Origin: an uncultured Alphaproteobacteria bacterium
Lineage (GTDB): Bacteria; Pseudomonadota; Alphaproteobacteria; Rhizobiales; Beijerinckiaceae
Length of the DNA stretch: 64,000 nucleotides
Reading direction: 5' to 3'
Assembly (NCBI GenBank): GCA_963813955.1
Contig: CAWFBN010000083.1
Coordinates: 6,869 to 70,868, forward strand
The stretch's first letter is position 1. Every line of letters begins with the position of its first letter. Below are positions 42,328 to 54,792 of this stretch, one piece after another. The translations under genes were made by a program, and so were the position numbers. Below the pieces are notes generated by a model that worked only from the letters and a program-made list of their open reading frames with translations, ran no database searches and had not been told where the DNA came from.

Positions 42328-43327
42328 ATGACCGCGCTTCATTCTCCCCGCACCATCGACGTCTCCACCCTTGCCGAGCGCCTGCGCGCCGGCGACCGCG
42401 CCGCTCTGGCGCGCGCCATCACTCTGGTCGAAAGCCGCAAGGCCGAGCATCAGGCGCTGGCCCGGCAATTGGTGCAAAAACTGCTGCCCTTCACCGGGAC
42501 GGCGATGCGGGTCGGCATCACCGGCGTGCCGGGCGTCGGCAAATCCACCACCATCGACACGCTGGGGTCCAATCTCGTCGCCGCCGGCCACAAGGTCGCG
42601 GTGCTGGCGGTGGACCCGTCGTCGTCGCGCACGGGCGGCTCGATCCTCGGCGACAAGACGCGCATGACGCAGCTTTCGGTCGAGCGCAACGCCTTCATCC
42701 GGCCCTCGCCGTCGTCGGGCACGCTCGGCGGCGTCGCGGCCAAGACGCGCGAGACCATGCTGCTGTGCGAGGCGGCGGGTTTTGATGTGATTCTGGTCGA
42801 AACGGTCGGCATCGGCCAGTCGGAGACCGCCGTCGCCGACATGACCGATTTCTTCCTCGTGCTGATGCTGCCGGGGGCGGGCGACGAGTTGCAGGGCATC
42901 AAGAAGGGCGTGCTGGAACTGGCCGACATGATCGCGGTCAACAAGTCGGAAGGCGAGGGCCGCAATCGCGCCGTGCAGGCGGCGGGCGAATATCGCGCCG
43001 CCCTGCATATCATGCAGGCCGGCCTCGATCCATTGGTCGCCGCCGGTGGTGCTGATTTCCGGTCTGGCCAACGCCGGGCTGGACGAGATGTGGGCGCAGG
43101 TGGTCGAGCATCGCCGCCGCTTCGACGCCTCCGGCGAAGGCGCCAAAAACGCCGCGACCAGCAGGTCAAATGGATGTGGACCATGCTGCAGGAGCGGCTT
43201 TTTTCGCGCCTGCGCTCCGATCCCGCCGGTGCGCGCCATGCTGCCGGAGCTGGAAGGGCAGGTGGCGGAAGGCGCGCTGTCTCCCACTTTAGCGGTCGAG
43301 AAAATCGCCGCCGTGCTCGGTCTGTAG
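42328..43327 (+). CDS. meaB: Methylmalonyl-CoA mutase-associated GTPase MeaB (frameshifted)
   Basis: [34 protein letters not shown]. Confidence 0.95.
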
Positions 43328-43906
43328 ATGAACAAGTCGCTGCTGGTCGCCGGCTTCGGCGCCTTTCCCGGCCAAGCCGTCAATCCGGCGCAGAAAATCG
43401 TCGAAAGTCTTGCCCGTCGCAAAGCCGCCTTCGGCCTTGCCGGGATCGACCTGCATGTCGCTGTTTTGCCGGTCGAGTATGAAGCCCTGTCGCCGCTGCT
43501 GTGCCGCCTGTTCGTTGAAAAAATGCCGGATGCGGTGCTGCTGCTCGGCGTGGCGGCGCGGCGCAAGAGTCTCTCGGTCGAGACGGTCGCGCGCAATCGC
43601 GTGTCCTTGCTGCGGCCGGACGCGGCAAAGCAGCGCGCCTGGAGCCGCTTCATCGTCCATGGCGGCCCGGCGATCTTGCCCAGCCCCTGTCCCGCCGCGC
43701 GACTCGTCGCCTTGGCGCGCAAGGCCGGCCTTCCCGCGCGCCTGTCGCACGACGCCGGCGATTACCTGTGCAACGAAAGCTTTTATCTGTCGCTGCTGAT
43801 GGACCGGCGCGCCAGTTTCGTCCATGTGCCGAACTGGCGCGGAAAACAACTCGATCAGGCGGCGCGCGCCGTCGAAGACATGGCGAAAGTCCTGGTTTTG
43901 CCCTAA
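43328..43906 (+). CDS. Pyroglutamyl-peptidase I (C15)
   Basis: GFGAF...[19 protein letters not shown]. Confidence 0.88.
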   Translation: MNKSLLVAGFGAFPGQAVNPAQKIVESLARRKAAFGLAGIDLHVAVLPVEYEALSPLLCRLFVEKMPDAVLLLGVAARRKSLSVETVARNRVSLLRPDAAKQRAWSRFIVHGGPAILPSPCPAARLVALARKAGLPARLSHDAGDYLCNESFYLSLLMDRRASFVHVPNWRGKQLDQAARAVEDMAKVLVLP

Positions 43907-43934
43907 GAGTCTCAACCCAACGCCGGGGAGCGAA

Positions 43935-44612
43935 ATGGACCTTTCAAACATGCTGGCCGGCCTGATCGAGATCGTCTGGCTCGATCTCATCCTGTCCGGC
44001 GACAACGCCGTGCTGCTGGCTCTGTCCACCCGCGCCCTGCCGCAGGAGCAGCGGCGCCTCGGCGTGAACCTCGGCACATTGTTGTTCATCGCCCTGCGCA
44101 TCGCGCTGGCTTATGCGCTTTTCATCACGGCGGGAGTTGCGGGCGTGGGGCTGGCCGGCGCCGTGATCCTCCTCTTCGCGGCGCCGGCGATCGTCCGGCG
44201 CGGCGAGATGGAGCAGGATACCAGCCAGCCGCCGCGCCGCACCCTCGCCGCCGCCTTGTTCGCCTGTCTCGCCGCCGACGCTCCTGGTCGCGTTGCAAAA
44301 TATGCTGGGCGTGCAGGCGGCGTCCGGGGCGCCAAGCCGCTGGTCATGTTCGGACTGGCCTTGTCGATTCCGCTGCTGGCGCTGGGATCGGCGCAATTCA
44401 TCAATATCCTGCGCAAGACGCCGCTGTTGTGGGCGAGCGCCGGACTGATCGGCTGGGTCGCGGGAAAAATGGCGGCAGGCGACGCGCTGATCGTCGCTAG
44501 CGGCCTGCCGCTCGAAAGCCTGCGGGATTTCGCGCCGCCGGTGGGCGCGGCGCTGGCGATCCTGCTTGCCTTTCTGTTTTACGCGCGCCGGGTCAAGGGC
44601 CAAAAAAAGTGA
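43935..44612 (+). CDS. TerC/YjbE family membrane protein
   Basis: DLILSGDNAVLLAL, GLALSIPL. Confidence 0.8.
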   Translation: MDLSNMLAGLIEIVWLDLILSGDNAVLLALSTRALPQEQRRLGVNLGTLLFIALRIALAYALFITAGVAGVGLAGAVILLFAAPAIVRRGEMEQDTSQPPRRTLAAALFACLAADAPGRVAKYAGRAGGVRGAKPLVMFGLALSIPLLALGSAQFINILRKTPLLWASAGLIGWVAGKMAAGDALIVASGLPLESLRDFAPPVGAALAILLAFLFYARRVKGQKK

Positions 44613-44638
44613 GCTCGCAAAAATCGAGGAGAAGGGTC

Positions 44639-45132
44639 ATGGCTTTCCCGCTGAATGCTGTCCGCGCCGCGATTTTGGGCCTTGGGCTGTTCGCTGCGGC
44701 GGCGCCTGCGCTGGCGGCATCGAGGTCACGCGCCGTGGACGCGCGCCACCGTGGCCGGCGCGAGCGTCGCCGCCGGCTATCTCACCATCGAGAATAAAGG
44801 CGCGGAGGCGGATCGGCTCACCGGCGCTGCGACCGCCGCCGCCGAAAAAGTCGAGATCCATGAAATGCGCATGGAGGGCGACATCATGAAAATGCGCGCT
44901 GCTGCCGGAGGGCGTCGAAATCAAGCCGGGCGAGACCTTGACCCTGAAACCCGGCGGCGTCCACCTGATGCTGTTCGGCCTCAAGCAGCGCCTGATCCCC
45001 GGCGCGAGCGTTCCGGTCACGCTGAATTTCGCCAAGGCGGGACAGATCGCGGTGGTCCTGCCGGTCGCAGAGCGTCGGCGCGATGGCCCCGGCCCCGCGA
45101 CCGAGTCGGAACCGCCCAGCATCAGCTATTGA
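44639..45132 (+). CDS. Copper chaperone PCu(A)C (frameshifted)
   Basis: AGYLTIEN, EIHEMRMEGDIMKMR, LKPGGVHLML. Confidence 0.9.
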
Positions 45133-45158
45133 ACGGCAGCTATTCGAGAAGGACCAGG

Positions 45159-46317
45159 ATGACGCCGGAGACGAAAAAATTCAGCTGGAAATGGCTCGAT
45201 CTGGGCGACAGGCGGTTGGCCTGGACCTGGCCCGGGCGCCGTCCGGCGTCGCTCGTCGCCGCCGCCGACTTGGCGAAGGCCTTTTATCCGCTGCCGCCGG
45301 AGCCGCCTTACCGACGCCACAGCCCGCGCACCAAAAATTTCGACCAAAAATTTCTCGGCGCAGTTGACAGTATTTGCGGGACGCCGCCGCCGCCGCCGCC
45401 GGGCGGACTCGCCCTGTTTGAAGAGGCTTGCGCCCTCGACGGCGGCGTATTGATCGCACGCGACGGCGCCGTGGTCGCCGAAACCGCGACCTATGCCGGG
45501 GGAACCGCCGGACACGTTATCTGGCGAGACGGCGGCGCTCATGGCGCGGGTTTGGCCTTTGACCTCGATCCGCTTTGTGCCAGGCGACAGCGTTTATCTC
45601 CAGCAGGCCTTCGACGACAATTACGCCCGGTGGCTGGTCGAAGTTTTGCCGCGTGTCGCCGTCGCCGCGCAATTTGTCGATCTGTCGCGCTTCAAATTCG
45701 CGATCACGCGCGTGGAAGGCCATATGGGCCAGATCATGCGCGAGGGTCTGGCCCTGTTCGGGGTCAAGCCAGAGCAAATCGTCGAGATCGATCGCGGTCC
45801 GGTCATTTTCGAGCGGCTGCTCTACCCGCTGCCGGTCGCGAGACATCCCTGGGCCAAGTCGCCCAACGCCATCGCGGTGCTCGAATCCCTGCCCGACAGG
45901 ATCGGCGCGGCGCGGGACGGGCCGAAGCGGATTTACGTGACCCGCAACGCCGGCGCGACCCGCCGTCTGACCAACGAGGACGCGGTGCTCGACGTCTTGC
46001 GGCCGCTGGGTTTCGTCGTCGTCGATCCGGGCCGACTGTCCTTCGCCGAGCAGATTTGGCTTTTTGCCGGCGCTGAGCGGATCGTCGGAAATTGCGGCGC
46101 GGGACTGACCAATCTGGTTTTCGCGCCGCGCGGCGTCCGCGTGTTCGCCCTCACCATGCCCTTCATGCAGGACGATTTTTTCTGGGATTTGACCGAACTC
46201 AAACAGGGACGGTTTTATTCGCTGGTGGCGGCATCCCCGGACCCCGCGCGCGGGCCGGAGGCTGATTTTTCGATCGACGTCGCGGCGTTCAAGGAGATGC
46301 TGGGCGATTTTATCTGA
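45159..46317 (+). CDS. Glycosyltransferase family 61 (DUF563)-like protein (frameshifted)
   Basis: NYARWLVEVLPR, RIYVTR, RRLTNE, LSFAEQI.LF..A, GAGLTNLVF. Confidence 0.8.
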
Positions 46318-47173
46318 GCGCCGACATCCGCGCCAGCCGGGCGTTGGCGGCCGCCAGCGCCTCTGCGAATTGGTCCGAGAGCAAAAAACGCCAGTTCGGT
46401 TTCGCGCGAAATAGGTAACCGGATCGAGCCGCGCCAATTCGTCATCGACGTGGCCGGGATGGCACATGATAAGCGGCTTTTCGCCCGGCGCCGTCAGATA
46501 GGTGGCGAAATCGCGCGGCATAATCGGCCTCGGCGACAAAATCCGAAAATCCGGCAAAGCCATCATTGGTGGAAAAACCCGCCGCCCGCGCTTTTCGCGC
46601 GAAAGCCGCGCGCCAGAGCGGCGACGGTCAGCGCTTTGCCCCAATGTCTTCCTCGCGCGAAAATGCGCTTGGGCCGGTCGGCGCTGTCGCGCAGCCAGCA
46701 TTTCCCCGCAAGCCCCCGCGCGGAAAGCTCGGCGATCAGGTCGTCGGCTATGCCCGGCAGCGACTGGACATGCTGGTGGCCGTCGACAAAATCGGGGGCT
46801 GAGCCAGCGGCGGCTTCGAAGGCGTCGAGTTGGCGGCGCAATTCATCGCGGATTTCGTTGCGGGGCAGGGCGCCGCGCCAGGCGGCCGGGCACGATGGAA
46901 TTCATCGCCGGAAAAACGCCATCGGGCGCGAACTGCGGCATTTCCCCAAGCGGGCCGCCAAGGGTCAGGTTGAAATGCAGGCCGAGATCGGCGTCGGGCG
47001 CGAGGTCGCGGAAGGCGCGCGCCGCCGCCGGCCAGCCGGCCTGCGTGGTCATGGCGGAGGTCGCGGTGAGCCGTCCGGCAGCGAGCGCTTCGAGGATTCC
47101 CGCGGTCACAGCAGGCGACAGGGCGAAATCATCGGCGCAGAGCGCGAAAGCGTTTTGGCGGACATTGGGGCAA
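46310..47173 (-). CDS. ChbG/HpnK (YdjC-family) deacetylase (frameshifted)
   Basis: CADDFAL, GLHFNL, DFVDGHQHV, MCHPG. Confidence 0.88.
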
Positions 47174-47337
47174 GCGACCTTTGACAGCCGACGGAAATTG
47201 CGTCCCATTTCTTGCGCATTTTTGCGCGACAGCCTAGATGAGATGCGGCAAAATAGCTGCGCCGCGCAGGTGAAACTGAAAAATGACGATAGATCAAGGC
47301 GGCGACGCCCGCAATATCACGGACGCCGGAACTTTCA

Positions 47338-48282
47338 GTGATCGTGCCGGTGTTCAACGAATGCGAGAACCTGCGTCCGCTCCTCGCGCGGCTCATCCCG
47401 GCGCTGGCCTGCGTCGACAGTTTTGAAATCCTGTTCGTCGACGACGGCTCCACCGACGCGACGCTGCAAACCCTGCGCGAGCTGAACCGCGACGACAACA
47501 GGCTGCGCGCCTTGTCCTTTTCGCGCAATTTCGGCAAGGAGATCGCCATCGCCGCCGGCGTGGACGCGGCGCGCGGACGCGGCGCGGTCATCATGGACGC
47601 CGATCTCCAGCATCCGCCGGAAGCGATCAGGGATTTCGTCGCCAAATGGCGCGATGGCTATCAGAATATTTACGGCGTCCGCCAGAGCCGCGACACCGAA
47701 CCGGCGGCGCGCCGCTGGCTGACCGGCTATTTTTACCGGCTGATCCGCATGTTCGGCGACGTCGACTTGCCCGAAGGGCGCGGGCGATTTCCGCCTGCTG
47801 GACCGCGTGGCGCTGAACGCGCTGAAAAGTCTGCGCGAAAGGGCGCGTTTCAGCAAGGGCCTCTACGCCTGGATCGGCTTCAAGTCGATCGGCATGCCGT
47901 TTTCGGTCGCGGAGCGTCATTCCGGCGAAATCGAAATTTTCCTATGGCAAGCTCACCCGCTTCGCCTTCGACGGCATCGTGTCCTTCACCACCATGCCGC
48001 TCAAGGTCTGGACCTATGTCGGCACGACTCATCGCCGCCTTCGCCCTGTTCAACGCCGTCTATTATCTGCTGGAAGTGCTGGTGCGCGGGGTTTCCGTGC
48101 CGGGTTTCGCCTCGCTGATCGTGTCGGTCATGTTCTTCGCCGGCGTGCAGCTGATCTCGTCGGGCGTGCTCGGCGAATATATCGGCCGCGTCTTCGCCGA
48201 GGTGAAAGGCCGTCCGCTCTATCTCGTGGCCGAGAAGATCGGCGAGGCGGACAGCGTGTCAATCATGCCCGAAATAGGCTAA
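47338..48282 (+). CDS. GtrB-like GT2 polyprenol-phosphate glycosyltransferase (frameshifted)
   Basis: VPVFNE, FVDDGSTD, SRNFGKE, MDADLQHPP, GEYIGR, RPLY. Confidence 0.92.
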   Translation: MIVPVFNECENLRPLLARLIPALACVDSFEILFVDDGSTDATLQTLRELNRDDNRLRALSFSRNFGKEIAIAAGVDAARGRGAVIMDADLQHPPEAIRDFVAKWRDGYQNIYGVRQSRDTEPAARRWLTGYFYRLIRMFGDVDLPEGRGRFPPAGPRGAERAEKSARKGAFQQGPLRLDRLQVDRHAVFGRGASFRRNRNFPMASSPASPSTASCPSPPCRSRSGPMSARLIAAFALFNAVYYLLEVLVRGVSVPGFASLIVSVMFFAGVQLISSGVLGEYIGRVFAEVKGRPLYLVAEKIGEADSVSIMPEIG

Positions 48283-48318
48283 AGCGTCACGACGTTCAGC
48301 CTCCAACCCCCGGCGCCC

Positions 48319-49878
48319 ATGTACAAAAGTTTTCTTTCGGTCAGCGGGTTCACGCTGCTTTCGCGGCTGACCGGCTTTCTCCGCGACGTGATGCTGAGCG
48401 GAATGGTCGGGGCTGGCCTGCTCGGCGACGCGCTGGCGGTGTCCTTGCGCCTCCCCAATCATTTCCGCGCCATTTTCGGCGAAGGCGCCTTCAACGCCGC
48501 CTATGTGCCGACCTATCTGCGCGTTTTCGAGCGATCCGACATGCCGTCCGCCCGCGCTTTCGCCGACCAGATTTTCACGCTTCTGCTGATCTCGCAGGTA
48601 GTGCTGCTGGCGTTGGGCTGGCTGTTCATGCCCGGCTTCGTGCAACTCTCTGGCGCCGGGATTTAGCCGCGATCCCGAAAAATTCCAGCTCGCGGTCAGC
48701 CTGACGCGCATCACCTTCCCCTATCTGTTCTGCATCACGCTCGTGACGCTGCACTCGGCGACGCTCAACGCCCATGGCAAATTCGCCGTCGCCGCCTTCG
48801 CGCCGGTGCTGCTGAATGTCTTCACCATGGCCTTTCTGGCCGTCGCCTTCCTGTTTCCCAACGCCGCTTATGCAGCGGCGGCCGGCGTCACGGTCTCCGG
48901 CCTCGCCCAGCTTGCCTTGCTGATGGTGGCGGCCAGCCGTTCGCATCTGCTGGAGACGATCGCGCGCCCCCGTCTCACCCCGACGTGCGCGCCTTCTTCC
49001 GCATGTTCTGGCCAGCGGTGATCGGCTCGTCCGGCCTGCAGATCGCCATGTTCGCCGACACCATCATCGGCTCGCTGCTGAACACCGGCGGCATGTCGTC
49101 GATCTATTACGCCGAGCGGCTCTATCAATTGCCGATCGGTCTTGTCGGCGTGGCGGCGGGCACCGTGCTGCTGCCGGTCATGAGCCGCTGCTTTGCGCGC
49201 GAAGACTGGGAAGGGGCCTTTACCGCGCAGAACCGCACGCTGGCCATGACCCTCGCCCTGACCGCGCCTTTCGTCGTCGCCTTCATGGTCATTCCTGACG
49301 TGATCGTGCGCGCGCTGTTCGAGCATGGCGCCTTCCACTCGGGCGATACCGACGCCACCGCCGCCGTGCTGCGCGCCTATGGCTCCGGCCTGCTGGCCAT
49401 GGTGGCGATCAATGCGCTGCGCTCGGGCTTTCAGGCCATGGGCGACACCAGGACGCCCATGCTGGTGTCGCTGGGGGCGCTGGCGGTCAACCTGCTGTTG
49501 AAGATCCTGCTCTACAAGCCGCTCGGCGCGGTGGGCATCGCGCTGGCGACATCGGCCAACGCCTGGATCAATCTCGGCGCGCTGCTTTATCTCGGCCTGC
49601 GCCGCTATCTGTTCCAACCCGACGACACGCTCAAAAGCGTCGCGCTCGCGGCGGCGACGGCGAGCGTGGTTCTGGCCAATATCGCGCTGTGGCTGCAAGC
49701 GCCTTTCGCCGCTCTCGGCGGGCGGGGCGTGTTGGGCGGATTGCTCGCGCTCGCCTGTTTTGGCCTCGTCGGCCTCATCGTTTATGGCGGCGCGCTGGTC
49801 GGCGGCGCCAAGGCGCTCGGCGTCGATCCGGCGCAACTCGGGCTGGGGAAGTTTTCCCGTGTGTTTCGCAGGAAATGA
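48319..49878 (+). CDS. murJ: Lipid II flippase MurJ (frameshifted)
   Basis: SRLTGFLRD, RLPNHFR, EGAF, YYAERLYQLPIG. Confidence 0.93.
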
Positions 49879-49922
49879 GGGTGAAAAGGTGATGCGTCGA
49901 GCGGTGTGGTTTCCGTTTTGGC

Positions 49923-52129
49923 TCAATGAAATTCGATGGCGGGACGGCGGGTAGCGGAATCCACGAAATTTTGACCGGTCTGGTCCAATCCGACGTGGCG
50001 GTCAGCGGTCGATTGCATCAGGATTTCGATGGAACCCAGCGCTTCAGAGGATTTTTTAGGCAATTGTTCGCGCCGCTTCTGCGCCTGCTCACCCGCCGCA
50101 GTGGTCAGTTGCACAATCGGACCCGTTTCAGCGATGAGCTGCAAGCCGGGCAGGGGTTTGAGATCGACGCCGCTATGGGCGTATTGCATGATGTCATGCC
50201 AGGTCGCCGCCGGCAGGGTGCCGCCGGTCATCTTTTCCATCGGCTGGCCATCGTCATTGCCATACCAGACGATGCCGACGAAATTGCCGGTATAGCCGCA
50301 AAACCAGGCGTCCTTGTATTCATTGGTCGTGCCGGTCTTGCCGGCGACCTTGATGCCGTCGAGGGCGGCGCGGCGGCCGGTGCCCTGTTCGACCACTTGC
50401 GTCATCATCCATACGAGATCGTTGATGTAATGCGGTTCGATCGCCGGTTGCGGCTGTTCGCCGTCGCGGTCGTGGGAGTAGATGCGTTCGCCGTGGCTGT
50501 TGAAGATTTCCAGCGCGGCATAGGGCTTGATCCGCTTGCCGCCGTTGGCGAAGGCGGAATAGGCCGTCGCCTGATCCATCGGACTGACTTCGTCGGCGCC
50601 GAGCGGCAGCGACTGGGTGTCGGGCAGCGGCGCGGTGACGCCGAGGCGCCGCGCCGTGGCGATGATCTTGGCGCGGCCGATTTTGGGGTTGCCGTCCCCA
50701 ATCGCAATGGACAGACGCACAGCGACGGTATTGAGCGAATGTGCGAGCGCGTTCCACATCGGCATCGAGCCGGCATAGGAGCCGCCATAATTTTTCGGGC
50801 ACCAGTTGGCGATGCAGATCGGCGCGTCCACCACGGTGGTCTGCGGCGTGAATTTGCCGCTCATCAGCGCGGTCAGATAGACATAGGGTTTGAACGACGA
50901 ACCCGGCTGGCGCAGGGCGTCGGTGGCGCGGTTGAACTGGCTCGCGCCGTAATCGCGTCCGCCGACCAGCGCACGCACCGCGCCCGAGCGGCTCAAGAAT
51001 GACCGTCGCGCCCTGTTTGGCGTGGAATGTCGGCCCGCTCTGGCGCAGCATGTCGTCGATGGTGGTTTCGGCCTTTTGCTGCAGCCCGGAATCCAGCGCC
51101 GTGCGCACGGTGACGACGCGCTCGCCGCCGAGCTTGCCGGCGTCCGCCAGCGCCTTGATCTCGTTGAAGGCCCAGTCGAGATACCAGTCGGGCGAACTGG
51201 CCTCGGCGCTGCGGTCGATGGCGGAAGCCGGATTGCGCTGCGCTTCGGCGATCTGGTTCTCGCGCAGATAGCCCGCGGCCACCATGTTGTTGAGCACGTC
51301 ATTGGCGCGGGCGCGGGCGGCGGGCAGGTTGACATGCGGCGCGAATTTGGTCGGCGCCTTGAACAGTCCGGCCAACATCGCCGCCTGCGCCAGCGTCACG
51401 TCCTTGACCGAGCGGCCGAAATAGAATTGCGACGCCGCCTGAATGCCGAAGGCGCCGCCGCCCATATAGGCGCGGTCGAGATAGAGTTGCAGGATCTGCA
51501 CGCTTGCTCAGGTGCGATTCCAGCCAGAAGGACAGGAAGGCCTCGTTGACCTTGCGGGTGAGCGTGCGTTCGTTGGAGAGAAACAGGTTTTTCGCCAACT
51601 GCTGGGTCAGGGTCGAGCCGCCCTGCACCACGCCGCTGGAGCGGGCGTTGACGGTCAGCGCGCGCGCCAGCCCGATGGGATCGACGCCCCAATGCTCGAA
51701 AAATCGCCGGTCTTCGGTGGCGAGCACCGCCTGCACCACATAATCGGGATATTGGTCGAGCGTGACCGCATCGTCGTGCAAAATCCCGCGCCGCCCCACT
51801 TCGCGGCCATAGCGGTCCTGAAAGGTCACCGCGAGATCGGATTTCTTGAGCCAGTCGCCGGCGCCGGTGAGGCGGAAGGCCGGTTGCGCCAGCACCAGCA
51901 TGATGATGCCGCCGAAGACGCCCAGCGTCAGGACCTCGCAGGCGACCTCGACCGCTGCGCGCGTGGCGCCGCGCACATGGAAACGCTCCATGAAGCCCGA
52001 AAAGTCGCGCCATAGCTCGCCGGATTTGACGCTCGCCGTATAAAGCGAGGAATTGATCCACGAATCGAACGCCAGCAAAGCGTTGCGCGCGGCGCGAAAC
52101 CACCGGGCGTTGCTCATGTCGAAGGCCAA
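49923..52129 (-). CDS. Penicillin-binding protein 1A family (frameshifted)
   Basis: EDRRFFEH, QGGSTLTQQLAKN, RQPGSSFK, SLN, KTG. Confidence 0.94.
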
Positions 52130-52350
52130 GAACGCGACTCCTTAATTTTCGCTCTTCTCGCGTCTTTTCTTCAAGCTTGGCGCTATCGACTGCGCTTGAA
52201 GACGGTCACGGATGCATTTAACATTGTCTTGGCGCGCTTGACGAGCAAGACCTGCCGGGCGCTATCTGAAATCGAGAAAATTTGTCCCGTTTTTGCTCGC
52301 GATCCCGGAGCGGGATGCGCCTCTTCGATGCGGGAACCGATGCAGGACTG

Positions 52351-52857
52351 ATGAAAGAAACGCCTCCGAAAACAGCCGAACCCTTCTGGCGGGGCCGGAC
52401 GCTGAAGGATTTTTCCAAATCCGAATGGGAAAGCCTGTGCGACGGCTGCGGCCGTTGCTGCCTCGTCAAGCTTGAGGACGAGGACACCGGCGAGATTTAT
52501 TTCACCGATGTCGGTTGCCGCCTGCTCGACGTGGCGACGGCGCGCTGCGCCGATTACGGCCATCGCGCGCGCCGGGTGAAGGATTGTTTAAAACTCGACC
52601 CCGAGAACGCCGCCGCCCTCAAATGGCTGCCGCCGACCTGCGCCTATCGCCTCATCGCCGACGGCGAAGACCTGCCCGACTGGCATCCGCTGGTCAGCGG
52701 CCGCAAGGACAGCGTCGTTGAGGCGGGCGTCTCGATCCTGGGCAAGGTCGATACGCTGGAAACCGGCCTGAGCGTCGATGACTTGATGTCGCGCATCGTC
52801 TCCTGGCCGGGCAAGGTTCCGAAAGCCGCGAAAAAACGCCGCGCTGTCAAAGCGTGA
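52351..52857 (+). CDS. YcgN family cysteine-cluster protein
   Basis: EWESLCDGCGRCC, WLPPTCAYR, WHPLVSG. Confidence 0.92.
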   Translation: MKETPPKTAEPFWRGRTLKDFSKSEWESLCDGCGRCCLVKLEDEDTGEIYFTDVGCRLLDVATARCADYGHRARRVKDCLKLDPENAAALKWLPPTCAYRLIADGEDLPDWHPLVSGRKDSVVEAGVSILGKVDTLETGLSVDDLMSRIVSWPGKVPKAAKKRRAVKA

Positions 52858-52892
52858 CCTTAGAAGCCTTCTCGCCTGTATTGCCCTGGCCC

Positions 52893-52970
52893 CGTCATTG
52901 CGAGCGAAGCGAAGCAATCCATGGCTTTCGGTTGTGGCCAGGGTGATTGCTTCGCTCGCTCGCAATGACG
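52893..52970. repeat. CGTC-type REP-like inverted pair
   Basis: CGTCATTGCGAGCGAAGCGAAGCAATC ... GATTGCTTCGCTCGCTCGCAATGACG. Confidence 0.85.
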
Positions 52971-53249
52971 ACCCTGGTCTAGGTCAGGCAAGAATGCTAA
53001 CGTTTTATTGCGCTTCATCTCTCGTAAGGCCCGAAACGGGATTGCGCGACCGGGAGGTGAATGGGACGGGAACGAATCGGCGGTCGCGGCTTTTTCGCTG
53101 TATGTTCCGCTCAAGCCGTACCACGCAAAAATGGTGAAGCGTTTCTTGCCGCGCCCTTGGTCCCTCGCGCTCCAAAACGGGAATGAGGGACCAGGACGAG
53201 ATCAAAACGGGCGCGAATCGGCTGTCGCGCTAAAATCGGCTTTTGTTCC

Positions 53250-54638
53250 TCACGCCGCCAGCGCCGCAAGAATCCGCGCCCAGCTCGCGCGCGCCCTTGT
53301 GGAAGGACGAAAGCTCGTATTTCTCGTTGGGCGAATGGATGCGGTCGTCGTCGAGTCCAAAACCGACCATCAGCGAATCCATCTTCAATTCGCGCTTGAA
53401 CAGGCCGACGACGGGGATCGAGCCGCCGGACGCCGCCAACACCGGCTCGCGGCCCCATTCGGCCTGCAAGGCGCGGCTGGCGCGCTGGATCGCCTCGGAG
53501 CGGAAGGGCAGCGACAGGGCGGGGCTGGCGCCGTGGCTCAAGAACTCGACCTCGCAATCGGCGGGCAGGTTTTTCCGCACATAGGCGCGAAAGCTGTCGA
53601 GGATGGCCTGCGGGTTCTGCTTGCCGACCAGCCGGAAGGAGAATTTGGCGCTGGCCTGGGCGGGCAGCACGGTTTTCGATCCCTCGCCGACATAGCCGCC
53701 GATCATGCCGTTGACGTCGCAGGTCGGGCGGGCCCAGATCTGCTCCAGCACCGAATAATCGGCCTCGCCAGCCGGGACCGACAGGCCGATGTCGCCCAGA
53801 AATTCCTGCTCGTCGAATTTGAGCGCCGTCCCATTGCGCCTTGATCTCGTCGGGCAATTCCGGAACGTCGGCGTAGAAATCGGGCAGGGTGATGCGTCCG
53901 GCCTCGTCATGCAGGCCGGCGATGAGTTTCGACAGCACATGGATCGGATTGACCGCCGGGCCGCCGAACATGCCGGAATGCAGGTCGCGGCTGGCGCCCT
54001 TGACGATGACTTCTTCCAGCACCAGGCCGCGCAGCATGCAGGTGATCAGCGGCGTGTCGCGGTCCCACATGTTGGTGTCGCAGACCAGCATGAGGTCGGC
54101 CTTCAATTCCTTGCCATTGGCGGCGAGGAAGGCGGGCAGCGAGGTCGAGCCGGATTCCTCCTCGCCTTCGAACAAAATGGTGATGTTGCAGGGCAGGCCG
54201 CCATTGGCGCGGAAGGCGCGGCAGGCCTCGACCAGCGTCATGAGCTGGCCCTTGTCGTCGGCGGCGCCCGCGCGCCACGATTTGCGTACGGCCGGGTTCG
54301 ACCTCAACGAGGCGCGGCGCGAAAGGATCGGTCTGCCAGAGGTTGAGCGGATCGACCGGCTGCACGTCATAATGGCCATAGATCAGCACACGCGGCGCGT
54401 CGGCGCGCGTGGCCTTGGCCTTGGCGACGACCATCGGATGGCCCTCGGTCGGCCGCGCCGACGCCTCGAAACCGAGGCCCTGCAATTGCGCCACCAGCCA
54501 GTCGGCGGCGCGGGCGCAATCGGGCGCGTAGGCGGGATCGGTGGAGATGGAGCGAAAGCGCAACAGGTCGAACAGGCGGTCCAGCGCGCCCTGGCGGTCG
54601 GCGTCGAGCGTTGCAAGCACATTATCGAGAGTGGACAT
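53250..54638 (-). CDS. M20 family dipeptidase (frameshifted)
   Basis: YGHYDVQP, DDKGQ, EGEEE, DLHSG, GGSIP, HSPNE. Confidence 0.92.
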
Positions 54639-54766
54639 GACGGCCCCGGGTTGAGTTTTTCTGTAAACTAGCAATTGGGGCGTGCGGCGTCACGCGGCGA
54701 CGGCGGCGGCGGCAGAAGTGAATGAAAATTTTTGCGCGGGGAAGGACGTTTTGCCGGGCTTTATGT

Positions 54767-54781
54767 GTTCTTGTTATGTTC
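54767..54781. promoter_or_regulatory. Alphaproteobacterial LexA (SOS) box
   Basis: Exact GTTC-N7-GTTC (GTTC-TTGTTAT-GTTC) in intergenic DNA. Confidence 0.6.
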
Positions 54782-54792
54782 CACGTGAAACC
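54777..54792. other. parS-like palindrome
   Basis: TGTTCCACGTGAAACC against the consensus TGTTNCACGTGAAACA (one mismatch). Confidence 0.45.
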
